From Nitrosococcus oceani ATCC 19707 (GTDB lineage Bacteria; Pseudomonadota; Gammaproteobacteria; Nitrosococcales; Nitrosococcaceae), in contig NC_007484.1 in assembly GCF_000012805.1 (NCBI RefSeq), forward strand, positions 960,001 to 992,000: a stretch of 32,000 nucleotides of DNA. The letters run 5' to 3'. This document shows, one piece after another, positions 1 through 7,881 of the stretch. A program made the position numbers and the translations under genes. Within the stretch, counting starts at the first letter, position 1, and each line of letters starts with the position of its first letter. The notes under the pieces were generated by a model. It was not told the origin of the DNA. It saw nothing but the letters and a program-made list of their open reading frames with translations, and did not search any database.

Positions 1-123
1 TGCTGATGTGGTTTCCCGCGTCTGCGATATAAAAATAAAAATAAGAGGCTTCGGTTGCCAGGGCTTTGGAAGCGCCTCGGGGCCGCCTTTCTGGCAAGCG
101 AAAGCTTTTGCTAAACTAAATAG

Positions 124-154
124 ACCACGCTCTTAGAGCGTGGTTCCTTTTTTT
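124..154 (+). terminator. Rho-independent terminator ending an unidentified upstream transcript
   Basis: ACCACGCTC (124-132) pairs perfectly with GAGCGTGGT (136-144) around a 3-nt loop. It is followed by TCC and a T7 run (148-154). The T run is only on the + strand. Confidence 0.6.
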
Positions 155-513
155 ATAACGAAAAATAAGCTTTTTATCAAAATATGCAATAAAAACGAGA
201 TATCGTGTGAAATTGTCTTGCCTCCTTGGCTAGGAGCGATGAAAACCCGCCCTTGTAGTCTATCATCAAAGAGAATAATTTAAGATTTTGTACCGAAAGG
301 CAGCTGGCCTGCATTTTTTAGTGGGAGGCAGGAACTCCTAGCTACGAGCATTAGGTAGGTGAAGGGTACGTCTGAGTCGTTAAACTCTTTGCAGGGAACT
401 TAGCCGAATTTATGCTTATTATCTCTTGATTTTAAGATAAAAATTGCTAAAAATTCCTTAATCTTCCTCCCCGGTAAATTCATGTTGATAACCTATCGAA
501 AGGAGAATATGCT

Positions 514-1113
514 GTGAGCGTACTAGTTACACAAGTTGCCCCTGATTTTTCTGCTCCTGCCGTGATGGCTGATGGTACCATTAAAGAAAATTTCCGTCTT
601 TCTGATGCGCGCGGTCAATATGTCGTCCTCTTCTTCTATCCTCTGGATTTTACTTTTGTTTGCCCTTCGGAAATCCTGGCCCATAACAACCGTTTGGAAG
701 ACTTTAAAGAGCGCGGTGTAGAGGTCATTGGTGTTTCTGTCGACTCCCAGTATAGCCATTATGCCTGGCGTAATACGCCGGTAGTAGATGGTGGGATTGG
801 CGCCATTGGATTCCCGCTGGTAGCCGATTTAAGCCACGATATTACCCGCGCTTATGGGGTTGAGCACCCTGATGGCGTAGCCCTGCGCGCTTCCTTTCTA
901 ATTGATAAAAATGGCGTGGTCCAGCATCAGGTTGTCAATAACCTTCCCCTTGGCCGTGACGTAGAAGAAATGCTGCGCGTGGTAGATGCTTTACAATTTA
1001 CGGAAGAGCATGGCGAGGTATGCCCAGCAGGGTGGCGCAAGGGAGAAGAAGCTATCCGTCCTGATGCCGAGGGGGTGGCCGAATATTTGAGCAAACACGC
1101 AAGCGCCCTATAG
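514..1113 (+). CDS. Typical 2-Cys peroxiredoxin (AhpC/Tsa family)
   Basis: Peroxidatic Cys motif DFTFVCPSEI and resolving Cys motif EVCPAGW near the C-terminus. GTG start at 514 is preceded by AGGAG (501-505). Confidence 0.9.
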   Translation: MSVLVTQVAPDFSAPAVMADGTIKENFRLSDARGQYVVLFFYPLDFTFVCPSEILAHNNRLEDFKERGVEVIGVSVDSQYSHYAWRNTPVVDGGIGAIGFPLVADLSHDITRAYGVEHPDGVALRASFLIDKNGVVQHQVVNNLPLGRDVEEMLRVVDALQFTEEHGEVCPAGWRKGEEAIRPDAEGVAEYLSKHASAL

Positions 1114-1204
1114 TGTTGCTATAGGGATAGAGAAGTTTATATTTTATTTTGATTGCTGGGAGGAACTCTACGAATTTGCTTAGGCAGGTTTTGGGCGTTT
1201 TGGG

Positions 1205-1230
1205 GTGCCCCGTCTTTTTGGACGGGGCAC
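1205..1230. terminator. Perfect 10-bp GC-rich hairpin between convergent peroxiredoxin and dksA (possible bidirectional terminator)
   Basis: GTGCCCCGTC (1205-1214), loop TTTTTG, GACGGGGCAC (1221-1230). There is no clear U-tract on either side, so terminator function is inferred from position only. Confidence 0.45.
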
Positions 1231-1240
1231 AGATTTCTAA

Positions 1241-1678
1241 TCAGGCCCGTTGTTTCTCCTTGATTTCGTCTAGTGTTTTGCAATCAATACAGAGGGTAGC
1301 TGTGGGACGGGCCTCAAGGCGCCGAATGCCAATTTCGGCCCCACAGCCATCGCAGTATCCGTAATCGCCCTTATCAAGGCTCCGTAGGCGTTCATTAATC
1401 TTTCCGATAAGCTTACGTTCCCGATCCCTAGCGCGTAGCGCTAACGTAAATTCTTCTTCCTGCGAGGCACGATCGCTGGGATCGGGGAAATTTGCAGCCT
1501 CATCCTGCATCTGGTGAACAGTCCGATCAACCTCTTCCATAAGCCGCTGCCTCCAGTTCAGCAAGAGTTCTTGAAAATGCTCAATCTGCGCTTCGCTCAT
1601 GTATTCTTCCCCCTTTTTTTGTTGATAGGGGGTAAATTCTTGGAGAGATTGCACCAGATTCCTGTCATTAATGGCCAT
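1241..1678 (-). CDS. dksA: RNA polymerase-binding transcription factor DksA
   Basis: C4 zinc finger CDGCGAEIGIRRLEARPTATLCIDCK plus a coiled-coil region with acidic DxxD-type residues. I place the start at the internal ATG (1676-1678 on the minus strand), which is preceded by AGGAG. The longer track ORF (to 1768) adds a non-homologous 30-aa extension. Confidence 0.9.
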   Translation of the reverse strand: MAINDRNLVQSLQEFTPYQQKKGEEYMSEAQIEHFQELLLNWRQRLMEEVDRTVHQMQDEAANFPDPSDRASQEEEFTLALRARDRERKLIGKINERLRSLDKGDYGYCDGCGAEIGIRRLEARPTATLCIDCKTLDEIKEKQRA

Positions 1679-1896
1679 ATTTTGGCTCCTTAAGTACGAC
1701 AAAAAATAGTCGCGGATATATACCAGAACCTTTTTGAAAGCACAATAAACGCTTGTCCCTATTGACAACTACTTGGTTTTTCGGATTGAAAATCCGTCTG
1801 ATTTTATCATAATAAAAAAGTATATGTTCACGCTTTTTAATGAGCTTGCTCCATCCTTAAGGGAAACGAGTTAATATTATTTGTTTGGAATGAGGA

Positions 1897-2664
1897 ATGA
1901 AACTTAAAGCATTAATTTTTGATCTCGACGGAACCTTTGCCGAAACGGAACGAGATGGGCATCGGGTGGCGTTTAACCGGGCCTTTGGCGAAGCGAGGGT
2001 AGGATGGCATTGGGATGTCGCTCTTTATGGCCAATTGCTAGCGGTTACTGGTGGTAAGGAGCGCATTCGTTATTACTTAGAGCATTATCAGCAGGATTTC
2101 TGCCCTCCAGTGGCATTAGATGAATTTATTGCTAAGCTGCATCAGGCTAAGACCCGGTATTATATAGAATTGTTGAAAGAGCAGGGAATTCCCCTCCGCC
2201 CGGGGGTGTTGCGGCTTCTTCATGCTGCCCGTGAGCAGGGTTTGCGGCTGGCTATTGCGACCACGACTACGCCAGAAAACGTAACCGCTTTAGTCAGTAC
2301 CGGTATCGGCCGCCATGCGCTTGATTGGTTCGACTGTATTGCCGCTGGGGATATAGTAAAGGCCAAGAAACCGGCGCCGGATATTTATGATTATTGTTTG
2401 GAACAGCTACAATTAGAAGCTGGTCAATGCCTTGCTTTCGAGGATTCTGCCAATGGTGTCCGTGCGGCGGTAGACGCAGGGATTAGAGTTGTAGTTACCG
2501 TTAATGACTATACTCGCGATGAGGATTTTGCGGGGGCGGATCTGGTATTGAATCATCTGGGAGAGCCAGGCCAACCCTGCCAAGTATTGAGTGGAAAATT
2601 GGATGGTTTTGAATACGTGAAGGTGGATCTTTTGCGGCGCTTATCCGGAGAGGATGAAGAGTGA
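1897..2664 (+). CDS. cbbY: HAD-superfamily phosphatase, CbbY-like
   Basis: N-terminal HAD motif I FDLDGTFAETE, followed by the CbbY-like HRVAFNRAF. The C-terminal region has FEDSANGVRAA (motif III/IV). Length fits CbbY proteins. Confidence 0.75.
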   Translation: MKLKALIFDLDGTFAETERDGHRVAFNRAFGEARVGWHWDVALYGQLLAVTGGKERIRYYLEHYQQDFCPPVALDEFIAKLHQAKTRYYIELLKEQGIPLRPGVLRLLHAAREQGLRLAIATTTTPENVTALVSTGIGRHALDWFDCIAAGDIVKAKKPAPDIYDYCLEQLQLEAGQCLAFEDSANGVRAAVDAGIRVVVTVNDYTRDEDFAGADLVLNHLGEPGQPCQVLSGKLDGFEYVKVDLLRRLSGEDEE

Positions 2665-3818
2665 ATGATCGAATAGCGCGGCGGATGGAAGACATTAAAC
2701 CATTCCAGGTAATGGCGTTATTAGCGCGGGCGAGGGAGCTAGAGGCTCAGGGGCGTAGTATTGTCCATATGGAAATCGGTGAACCCGATTTCATTACGCC
2801 CCAGCCTATCGTGGAGGCCGGAATTGCTGCCTTGCGCGCAGGACGGATTCACTATACTCCGGCGGTTGGATTACCCGCCTTGCGAGAAGCTATTGCAAAT
2901 TGGTATAGCAAGGATGCGGGAATTACGGTACCGCCGGAACGCATTATTGTAACGCCAGGTGCTTCCGGAGCTTTATTGCTGGCTATGGCTGCCTTACTCA
3001 ATCCGGGAGAGGCAGTGCTTATGGCCGATCCAGGTTATCCGTGCAATCGCTACTTTGCTCGGCTTTTAGAAGGGAAAATCATAGGTATTCCAGTAACCGA
3101 AGCAAGCGCCTATCAGCTTAGTTCGAGCCATATCGATTCCTACTGGACTCCGGAAACCCGGGCTGCGTTGGTTGCCTCACCGGCTAACCCGACGGGGACC
3201 CTCCTTTCCCAAACGTCACTGGCAGCTTTAATCGAGAGCGTTGAGTCCCGGATGGGGACTCTTATCGTTGATGAAATTTATCATGGCTTGGTTTATGAAG
3301 GCAGAGCAGCTACTGCCCTCGGACTTTCGGAACATGCATTGGTAATCAACAGTTTCTCAAAGTACTTCGGGATGACAGGATGGCGATTAGGATGGTTAGT
3401 CGTGCCCAAAAACTTTATTGGGGCCGCTGAGAAATTAGCCCAGAACCTCTTTCTTGCTGCTTCTACACCAGCTCAATATGCTGCCCTTGCCGCTTTTAAG
3501 CTTGAAACGCTGAAGGTTTTGGAGACGCGCCGGGTGGAATTCCAGCGACGACGAGATTTCCTTTTGCCTGGATTGAGGAGCCTTGGTTTCCATGTTCCAG
3601 TAACTCCGCAAGGGGCATTTTATATTTATGCGGATTGCTCTCAGTTTTCGGCGGACAGTTTCGCTTTTGCCCGGGAACTGCTGGAGGAAATCGGAGTTGC
3701 CGTAACTCCAGGTGTAGATTTTGGTTGCAATGCCTCGCGGCAGCACTTGCGTTTTGCTTATACCACCTCAATGGAGCAGTTGCAGGAAGGGCTCAAACGC
3801 CTCCAAGCTTATTTATAA
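2661..3818 (+). CDS. PLP-dependent aminotransferase, class I/II
   Basis: PLP-lysine motif SFSKYFGMTGWRLGW and N-terminal IGEPDF. The GTG start overlaps the cbbY stop (GTGA, 2661-2664). An alternative ATG lies at 2685. Confidence 0.85.
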   Translation: MNDRIARRMEDIKPFQVMALLARARELEAQGRSIVHMEIGEPDFITPQPIVEAGIAALRAGRIHYTPAVGLPALREAIANWYSKDAGITVPPERIIVTPGASGALLLAMAALLNPGEAVLMADPGYPCNRYFARLLEGKIIGIPVTEASAYQLSSSHIDSYWTPETRAALVASPANPTGTLLSQTSLAALIESVESRMGTLIVDEIYHGLVYEGRAATALGLSEHALVINSFSKYFGMTGWRLGWLVVPKNFIGAAEKLAQNLFLAASTPAQYAALAAFKLETLKVLETRRVEFQRRRDFLLPGLRSLGFHVPVTPQGAFYIYADCSQFSADSFAFARELLEEIGVAVTPGVDFGCNASRQHLRFAYTTSMEQLQEGLKRLQAYL

Positions 3819-4133
3819 GCTCTTGGAGTTTCGCCATGTATTGTGCCTACCTAAACTTCATCCGCCTGGAGAATTCGCGATTCTCAGCGGTCTTCAACGA
3901 AGGAATCACCTTGGTCTCAGCCTTTTGACCGCTCCTAGCGCCTCCACTTTGGGTGCTCCTCACCTAGGCTCTGAGAGTGGGACAGTAATAGTGCGAATTC
4001 ATGGCTAAAGCAAGTAACTTGGCCCCCAGGCGCTTGGTGTGCCTCCTTATTTTGCACTCTCGCTAGGGGGCATCGTACATCCCTGTACTCCTTCAATGAA
4101 GGCGAGTTAGCTCTTTAAGTGCCTTATTTAAAT

Positions 4134-4757
4134 TTAGTGTGCGTGTTCTTGCATATTTCCATGCTCTTCCTGGCCCTCATGCCCGTGTTTGGAAGAGGCA
4201 TGAGGGTCGGCGGACTCAGCGTGCCCATGTTCGTGGTGGTGATGTTCCCCTGCCTCCATCCCTCTTTCCGCAGCAGGTGTTAAGGTGGGAAGAAACCGTA
4301 ATAAGGCCCAAATTTCTTTATCGGTCAAGATTCCATCGAAGCTAGGCATCGTTGAGTTTGGAATACCATGCTTAATGACCCAGAAAATTTCTCCTTGGCT
4401 ATGGTGCAGCCAGGTGGGGTGTTCCTGAAAATTGCGAGGGGGGGGATTCAAACCTGCGGCCATGGGCCCATCGCCACCGCCGGTCGGACCGTGGCAGCTG
4501 GCGCATCCACCTTTTCCTGCATAAATTTCTGCGCCCTTTGCTACGGTGTCAGGCGAGTCCGGTAAGGGATTTTCTAAAGCGCGGATTTCTTCAAGTTTAT
4601 TGGCGGGAAGGTCTCCAAGAAGGCTTCGGTGAGCATTTTGATGGTGTTGATGTTGATGTTGTTCCGCGAATAAAAGGGGAGCGGTAGAGGATGCAATTAC
4701 TACCGCTGAGATTATTAAAAAACGTTTTGATTTCAGCACTATGGAGAATCTCCTCAT
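4134..4757 (-). CDS. Secreted class I monohaem cytochrome c with His-rich N- and C-terminal extensions
   Basis: Signal peptide, single CASCH haem motif, and a distal Met region (GIPNSTMPSF). His-rich tracts are EQHQHQHHQNAH and EHHHHEHGHAESADPHASSKHGHEGQEEHGNMQEHAH. Confidence 0.75.
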   Translation of the reverse strand: MRRFSIVLKSKRFLIISAVVIASSTAPLLFAEQHQHQHHQNAHRSLLGDLPANKLEEIRALENPLPDSPDTVAKGAEIYAGKGGCASCHGPTGGGDGPMAAGLNPPPRNFQEHPTWLHHSQGEIFWVIKHGIPNSTMPSFDGILTDKEIWALLRFLPTLTPAAERGMEAGEHHHHEHGHAESADPHASSKHGHEGQEEHGNMQEHAH

Positions 4758-4956
4758 CGCAAGGCTAGTTAAGCATGTATAGTATAGCCGGATAGTATGC
4801 TTGATAATTATAGCTTGCAGATGTTAAGGCAGTAAGGCCGCAACGGTCAATTCTGGAGTAGAACACGAGGAGACATCAGGATTTTGCTAACAACAAACTA
4901 ATGGAACTTTGCTTCCACTCTACGGAGCCCGTTTATAGTTAAGCAGCCGTGGTAAA

Positions 4957-5031
4957 TGGCGCTCCCAAGGGGAATCGAACCCCTGTTACCGCCTTGAGAG
5001 GGCGGTGTCCTGACCGCTAGACGATGGGAGC
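4957..5031 (-). tRNA. tRNA-Glu, anticodon CUC
   Basis: The reverse complement is GCTCCCATCGTCTAGCGGTCAGGACACCGCCCTCTCAAGGCGGTAACAGGGGTTCGATTCCCCTTGGGAGCGCCA. The acceptor stem GCTCCCA/TGGGAGC pairs. The anticodon stem CCGCC/GGCGG flanks loop CTCTCAA. A TPsiC arm GGTTCGATTCC and encoded CCA are present. It closely resembles E. coli tRNA-Glu apart from the anticodon. Confidence 0.9.
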
Positions 5032-5276
5032 TAGTGACGATAAATACTCAAGGATAACGACCTGATATTATACACATTCTCACTGCTTGCTCAAGCAGAG
5101 GCTGTTCTCAGGGTGAGGCGGCGTTACTCCGCTTAAAATACCCGAGCGTATTCAGAATATAATGATAGTATAAGGGGAAGCGAAGAGATGTTCAGGAGTC
5201 TATTAGAATAAGGGGGTAAGAGCATTATGCAGACTCTAAAGAGTTTAATTTATTTTTAACTGAGGTTATACGAGTT

Positions 5277-6563
5277 ATAGCTATCGATCCTCCTACAATT
5301 ATTCCTCGTTCCGAGCATGTAATTTCACGTGCCAATATCAGTGAGCCGGCTCTTAATGTGCTATATCGCCTAAAGAAAGCAGGCTTTAGCGCCTATTTGG
5401 TAGGAGGCTGTGTGCGCGATTTGTTATTGGGCCGTGAGCCCAAGGATTTTGACGTAACGACGGATGCCAGGCCAGAGCAAATTCGAGATTTATTTCGTAG
5501 TTGCCGATTAGTGGGGCGCCGGTTTCGTTTGGCTCATCTGCGTTTTGGGCGGGAGATCATTGAAACAGCAACTTTTCGCGGTCCTCCAGAAGAAGGATTG
5601 AGCGAGAATGGGCGTATTGTGAGTGATAATGTGTATGGAACTCTGGAACAGGACGCCTGGCGGCGGGATTTCTCGGTTAATGCTTTATATTACAACATTC
5701 GAGATTTCTCCGTCGTGGATTATACCAGGGGCATGGAAGACCTTGAGGCTGGCCGACTTCGCTTGATTGGTGATCCGGTAACCCGCTATCGGGAAGATCC
5801 GGTGCGGATGTTGCGGGCGGTTCGATTTGCCGCAAAGCTAGGGTTTACCCTCCATCCTGATAGTGAAACGCCGATTTGGGAACTTGCCCCTTCTTTGCAA
5901 GAGATACCTTCGGCAAGACTATTTGAAGAAATATTAAAGCTATTCCTTGGCGGTTGTGCCGTGCAGACCTTCGAGCTACTTCGCCGTTTTAATCTATTCC
6001 GATGGCTATTTCCACAAACCGAGGCTTGTTTAGGAGAGGAAGAACAGGGTTTTCCTCGAATCTTTTTAGCTCAGGCGCTCAATAATACGGATGCCCGGAT
6101 TGCAGCAGGTAAGCCAGTAACCCCAGCGTTTCTCTTTGCCGCCTTGCTATGGGAACCCGTCCGAAAGCTTACTGAACGCTATCAGCAAGAAGGGGTGCCG
6201 GAATTCCAGGCAATGCGAGAGGCGGCAGAAGCCGTACTAGCCAATCAGACCAACCATGTGGCCTTACCTCGGCGGTTCTCGTTGCCTATGCGTGAGATTT
6301 GGTATTTACAGCCACGTTTTGCTTATCGCCGGGGTAAGCGGCCTCTGCGCTTACTCCAGCATCCTCGCTTTCGGGCTGCCTATGATTTTCTGTTGCTACG
6401 GGCACAATCTGGCGAAGATCAGGAGGAGCTTTGCCAATGGTGGACTGAATTTCAGGAAATGGGAGAAAAAGAACGTTTACGCCTTGTCAGAGTTTCGACC
6501 AAATCCCGTCGCCGAAAGCCTAGGAAGCGGGTGGATAAGCCGGTGGCGTCAACGGAGGTTTAG
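5277..6563 (+). CDS. pcnB: Poly(A) polymerase I (start codon uncertain, probably non-canonical)
   Basis: Conserved LVGGCVRDLLLGREPKDFDVTT and RLVGRRFRLAH motifs. Homology to the PcnB N-terminus (IIPRSEHVISRANISEPALNV) continues upstream of the first canonical start (GTG 5358). The frame is open back to 5220 with no ATG/GTG/TTG. 5277 (ATA, 11 nt after GAGG) is only one candidate. Confidence 0.85.
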   Translation: MAIDPPTIIPRSEHVISRANISEPALNVLYRLKKAGFSAYLVGGCVRDLLLGREPKDFDVTTDARPEQIRDLFRSCRLVGRRFRLAHLRFGREIIETATFRGPPEEGLSENGRIVSDNVYGTLEQDAWRRDFSVNALYYNIRDFSVVDYTRGMEDLEAGRLRLIGDPVTRYREDPVRMLRAVRFAAKLGFTLHPDSETPIWELAPSLQEIPSARLFEEILKLFLGGCAVQTFELLRRFNLFRWLFPQTEACLGEEEQGFPRIFLAQALNNTDARIAAGKPVTPAFLFAALLWEPVRKLTERYQQEGVPEFQAMREAAEAVLANQTNHVALPRRFSLPMREIWYLQPRFAYRRGKRPLRLLQHPRFRAAYDFLLLRAQSGEDQEELCQWWTEFQEMGEKERLRLVRVSTKSRRRKPRKRVDKPVASTEV

Positions 6564-6567
6564 GAGC

Positions 6568-7059
6568 ATGATCCGGGCTTATATTGGGCTAGGAAGCAAC
6601 CTTAATCAGCCCCGTTGGCAAGTTGCTCAAGCCCTATCTGAACTTGCCGCCTTGCCCCAAACTAGGCGTGTGGCGCATTCTAAATTTTACCAGAGTGTTC
6701 CCCAAGGTCCCCAGGATCAACCCGATTATATTAATGCCGTTGCAGCCTTAGATACGGTACTGGAGCCCTATGATTTGCTTGCCAAGCTGCAAGCTATAGA
6801 GGAAGGCCATCATCGTGTTCGGAAGCGCTATTGGGGAGAGCGCACTTTAGATCTTGATCTGCTTTTGTATGGCGATTTAGAAATTACTACGGAGAGACTA
6901 ACGATACCCCATTCTAGATTGCATGAGCGAGCATTTGTACTTTATCCTCTAGCGGAAATAGCCCCCCATGCGATAATACCGGGAAGAGGAAGAGCTGCCG
7001 CTCTCGCCTATGGCTGTTCACCCTGGGGTTTACAATGCTTGGAGAACGATGGCATTTAG
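6568..7059 (+). CDS. folK: 2-amino-4-hydroxy-6-hydroxymethyldihydropteridine pyrophosphokinase (HPPK)
   Basis: N-terminus MIRAYIGLGSNL and RTLDLDLLLYGD are HPPK signatures. ATG at 6568 is preceded by AGGAG (6562-6566). Conserved pcnB-folK-panB synteny. Confidence 0.9.
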   Translation: MIRAYIGLGSNLNQPRWQVAQALSELAALPQTRRVAHSKFYQSVPQGPQDQPDYINAVAALDTVLEPYDLLAKLQAIEEGHHRVRKRYWGERTLDLDLLLYGDLEITTERLTIPHSRLHERAFVLYPLAEIAPHAIIPGRGRAAALAYGCSPWGLQCLENDGI

Positions 7060-7086
7060 TTTTTGTGACTGCAAAGGGCCAGCTTA

Positions 7087-7881
7087 ATGGGGCGTTTGAC
7101 TCTTACTAAATTACAGAAAATGAAGCGGCAGGGCGAGAAAATTACTATGCTGACAGCTTATGATGCCAGCTTTGCTGCCCTGTTGGAAGCTGCCGGAGTG
7201 GAAGTATTGTTGGTGGGCGATTCCTTGGGCATGGTGATCCAAGGGCAAGAGAGCACCTTATCGGTAACCATGGACGATATGGTCTACCATTGCCGGAATG
7301 TGTCACGGGGAAGTCAGTGTACTTTTATCCTGTCGGATATGCCATTTATGAGCTACGCCACCCCCAATCAGGCAATGGATAATGCTGCCCGGCTCATGCG
7401 CGAGGGGGGAGCGCAAATGGTAAAGCTTGAAGGAGGGCGTTTATTGGGTGAGATCGTGGAACATCTGACAGCGCGCGGTATTCCTGTATGCGCCCATTTA
7501 GGATTACTGCCCCAGTCGGTACATCGGATAGGTGGTTATCGAGTACAAGGCAGGGAAGAAATCTCAGCGCGGCGGATTCAGGAAGATGCTATGATTTTGC
7601 AGGAAGCAGGAGCAGATATGCTGATTTTAGAGTGTGTGCCCGCCCGCCTTGGTAGCAAGATCACGGATGCATTAAAGATTCCTGTGATTAGCTGTGGTGC
7701 CGGCCCTTATTGTGATGGTCAGGTGCTAGTGCTTTACGATATGTTAGGTATTAGTCCCGGGAAATCGCCAAGCTTTAGCCGCAATTTTCTCGAGGGAACA
7801 AGCAATATTCCGAATGCGATCCAAGCTTATGTCAGCGCTGTAAAAAAAAATGAATTTCCTCTTCTTGAATTAAGCTACTAA
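7087..7881 (+). CDS. panB: 3-methyl-2-oxobutanoate hydroxymethyltransferase
   Basis: GEKITMLTAYD, LVGDSLGMV and KLEGG motifs. Position upstream of panC. Confidence 0.95.
   Translation: MGRLTLTKLQKMKRQGEKITMLTAYDASFAALLEAAGVEVLLVGDSLGMVIQGQESTLSVTMDDMVYHCRNVSRGSQCTFILSDMPFMSYATPNQAMDNAARLMREGGAQMVKLEGGRLLGEIVEHLTARGIPVCAHLGLLPQSVHRIGGYRVQGREEISARRIQEDAMILQEAGADMLILECVPARLGSKITDALKIPVISCGAGPYCDGQVLVLYDMLGISPGKSPSFSRNFLEGTSNIPNAIQAYVSAVKKNEFPLLELSY

Noticed and set aside
1679-1768. A 30-codon extension at the dksA 5' end, and the opposite-strand ORF 1149-1364
   Set aside because: The DksA homologous region starts at the internal Met, which has a good SD. The + strand ORF overlaps the dksA 3' end and the hairpin and has no recognisable domain.
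3819-4133. A 315-nt non-coding gap after the aminotransferase, with two overlapping + strand ORFs (3635-4008). I considered it as a possible IS remnant or island junction.
   Set aside because: I could find no inverted repeats, transposase-like translation, or direct repeat of the tRNA-Glu 3' end by eye. This cannot be excluded without a database search.
6256-6567. N-terminal extension of the folK ORF overlapping the pcnB 3' end
   Set aside because: The extension has no HPPK homology and overlaps pcnB in another frame. The ATG at 6568, with AGGAG upstream, gives the canonical MIRAYIGLGSNL N-terminus.
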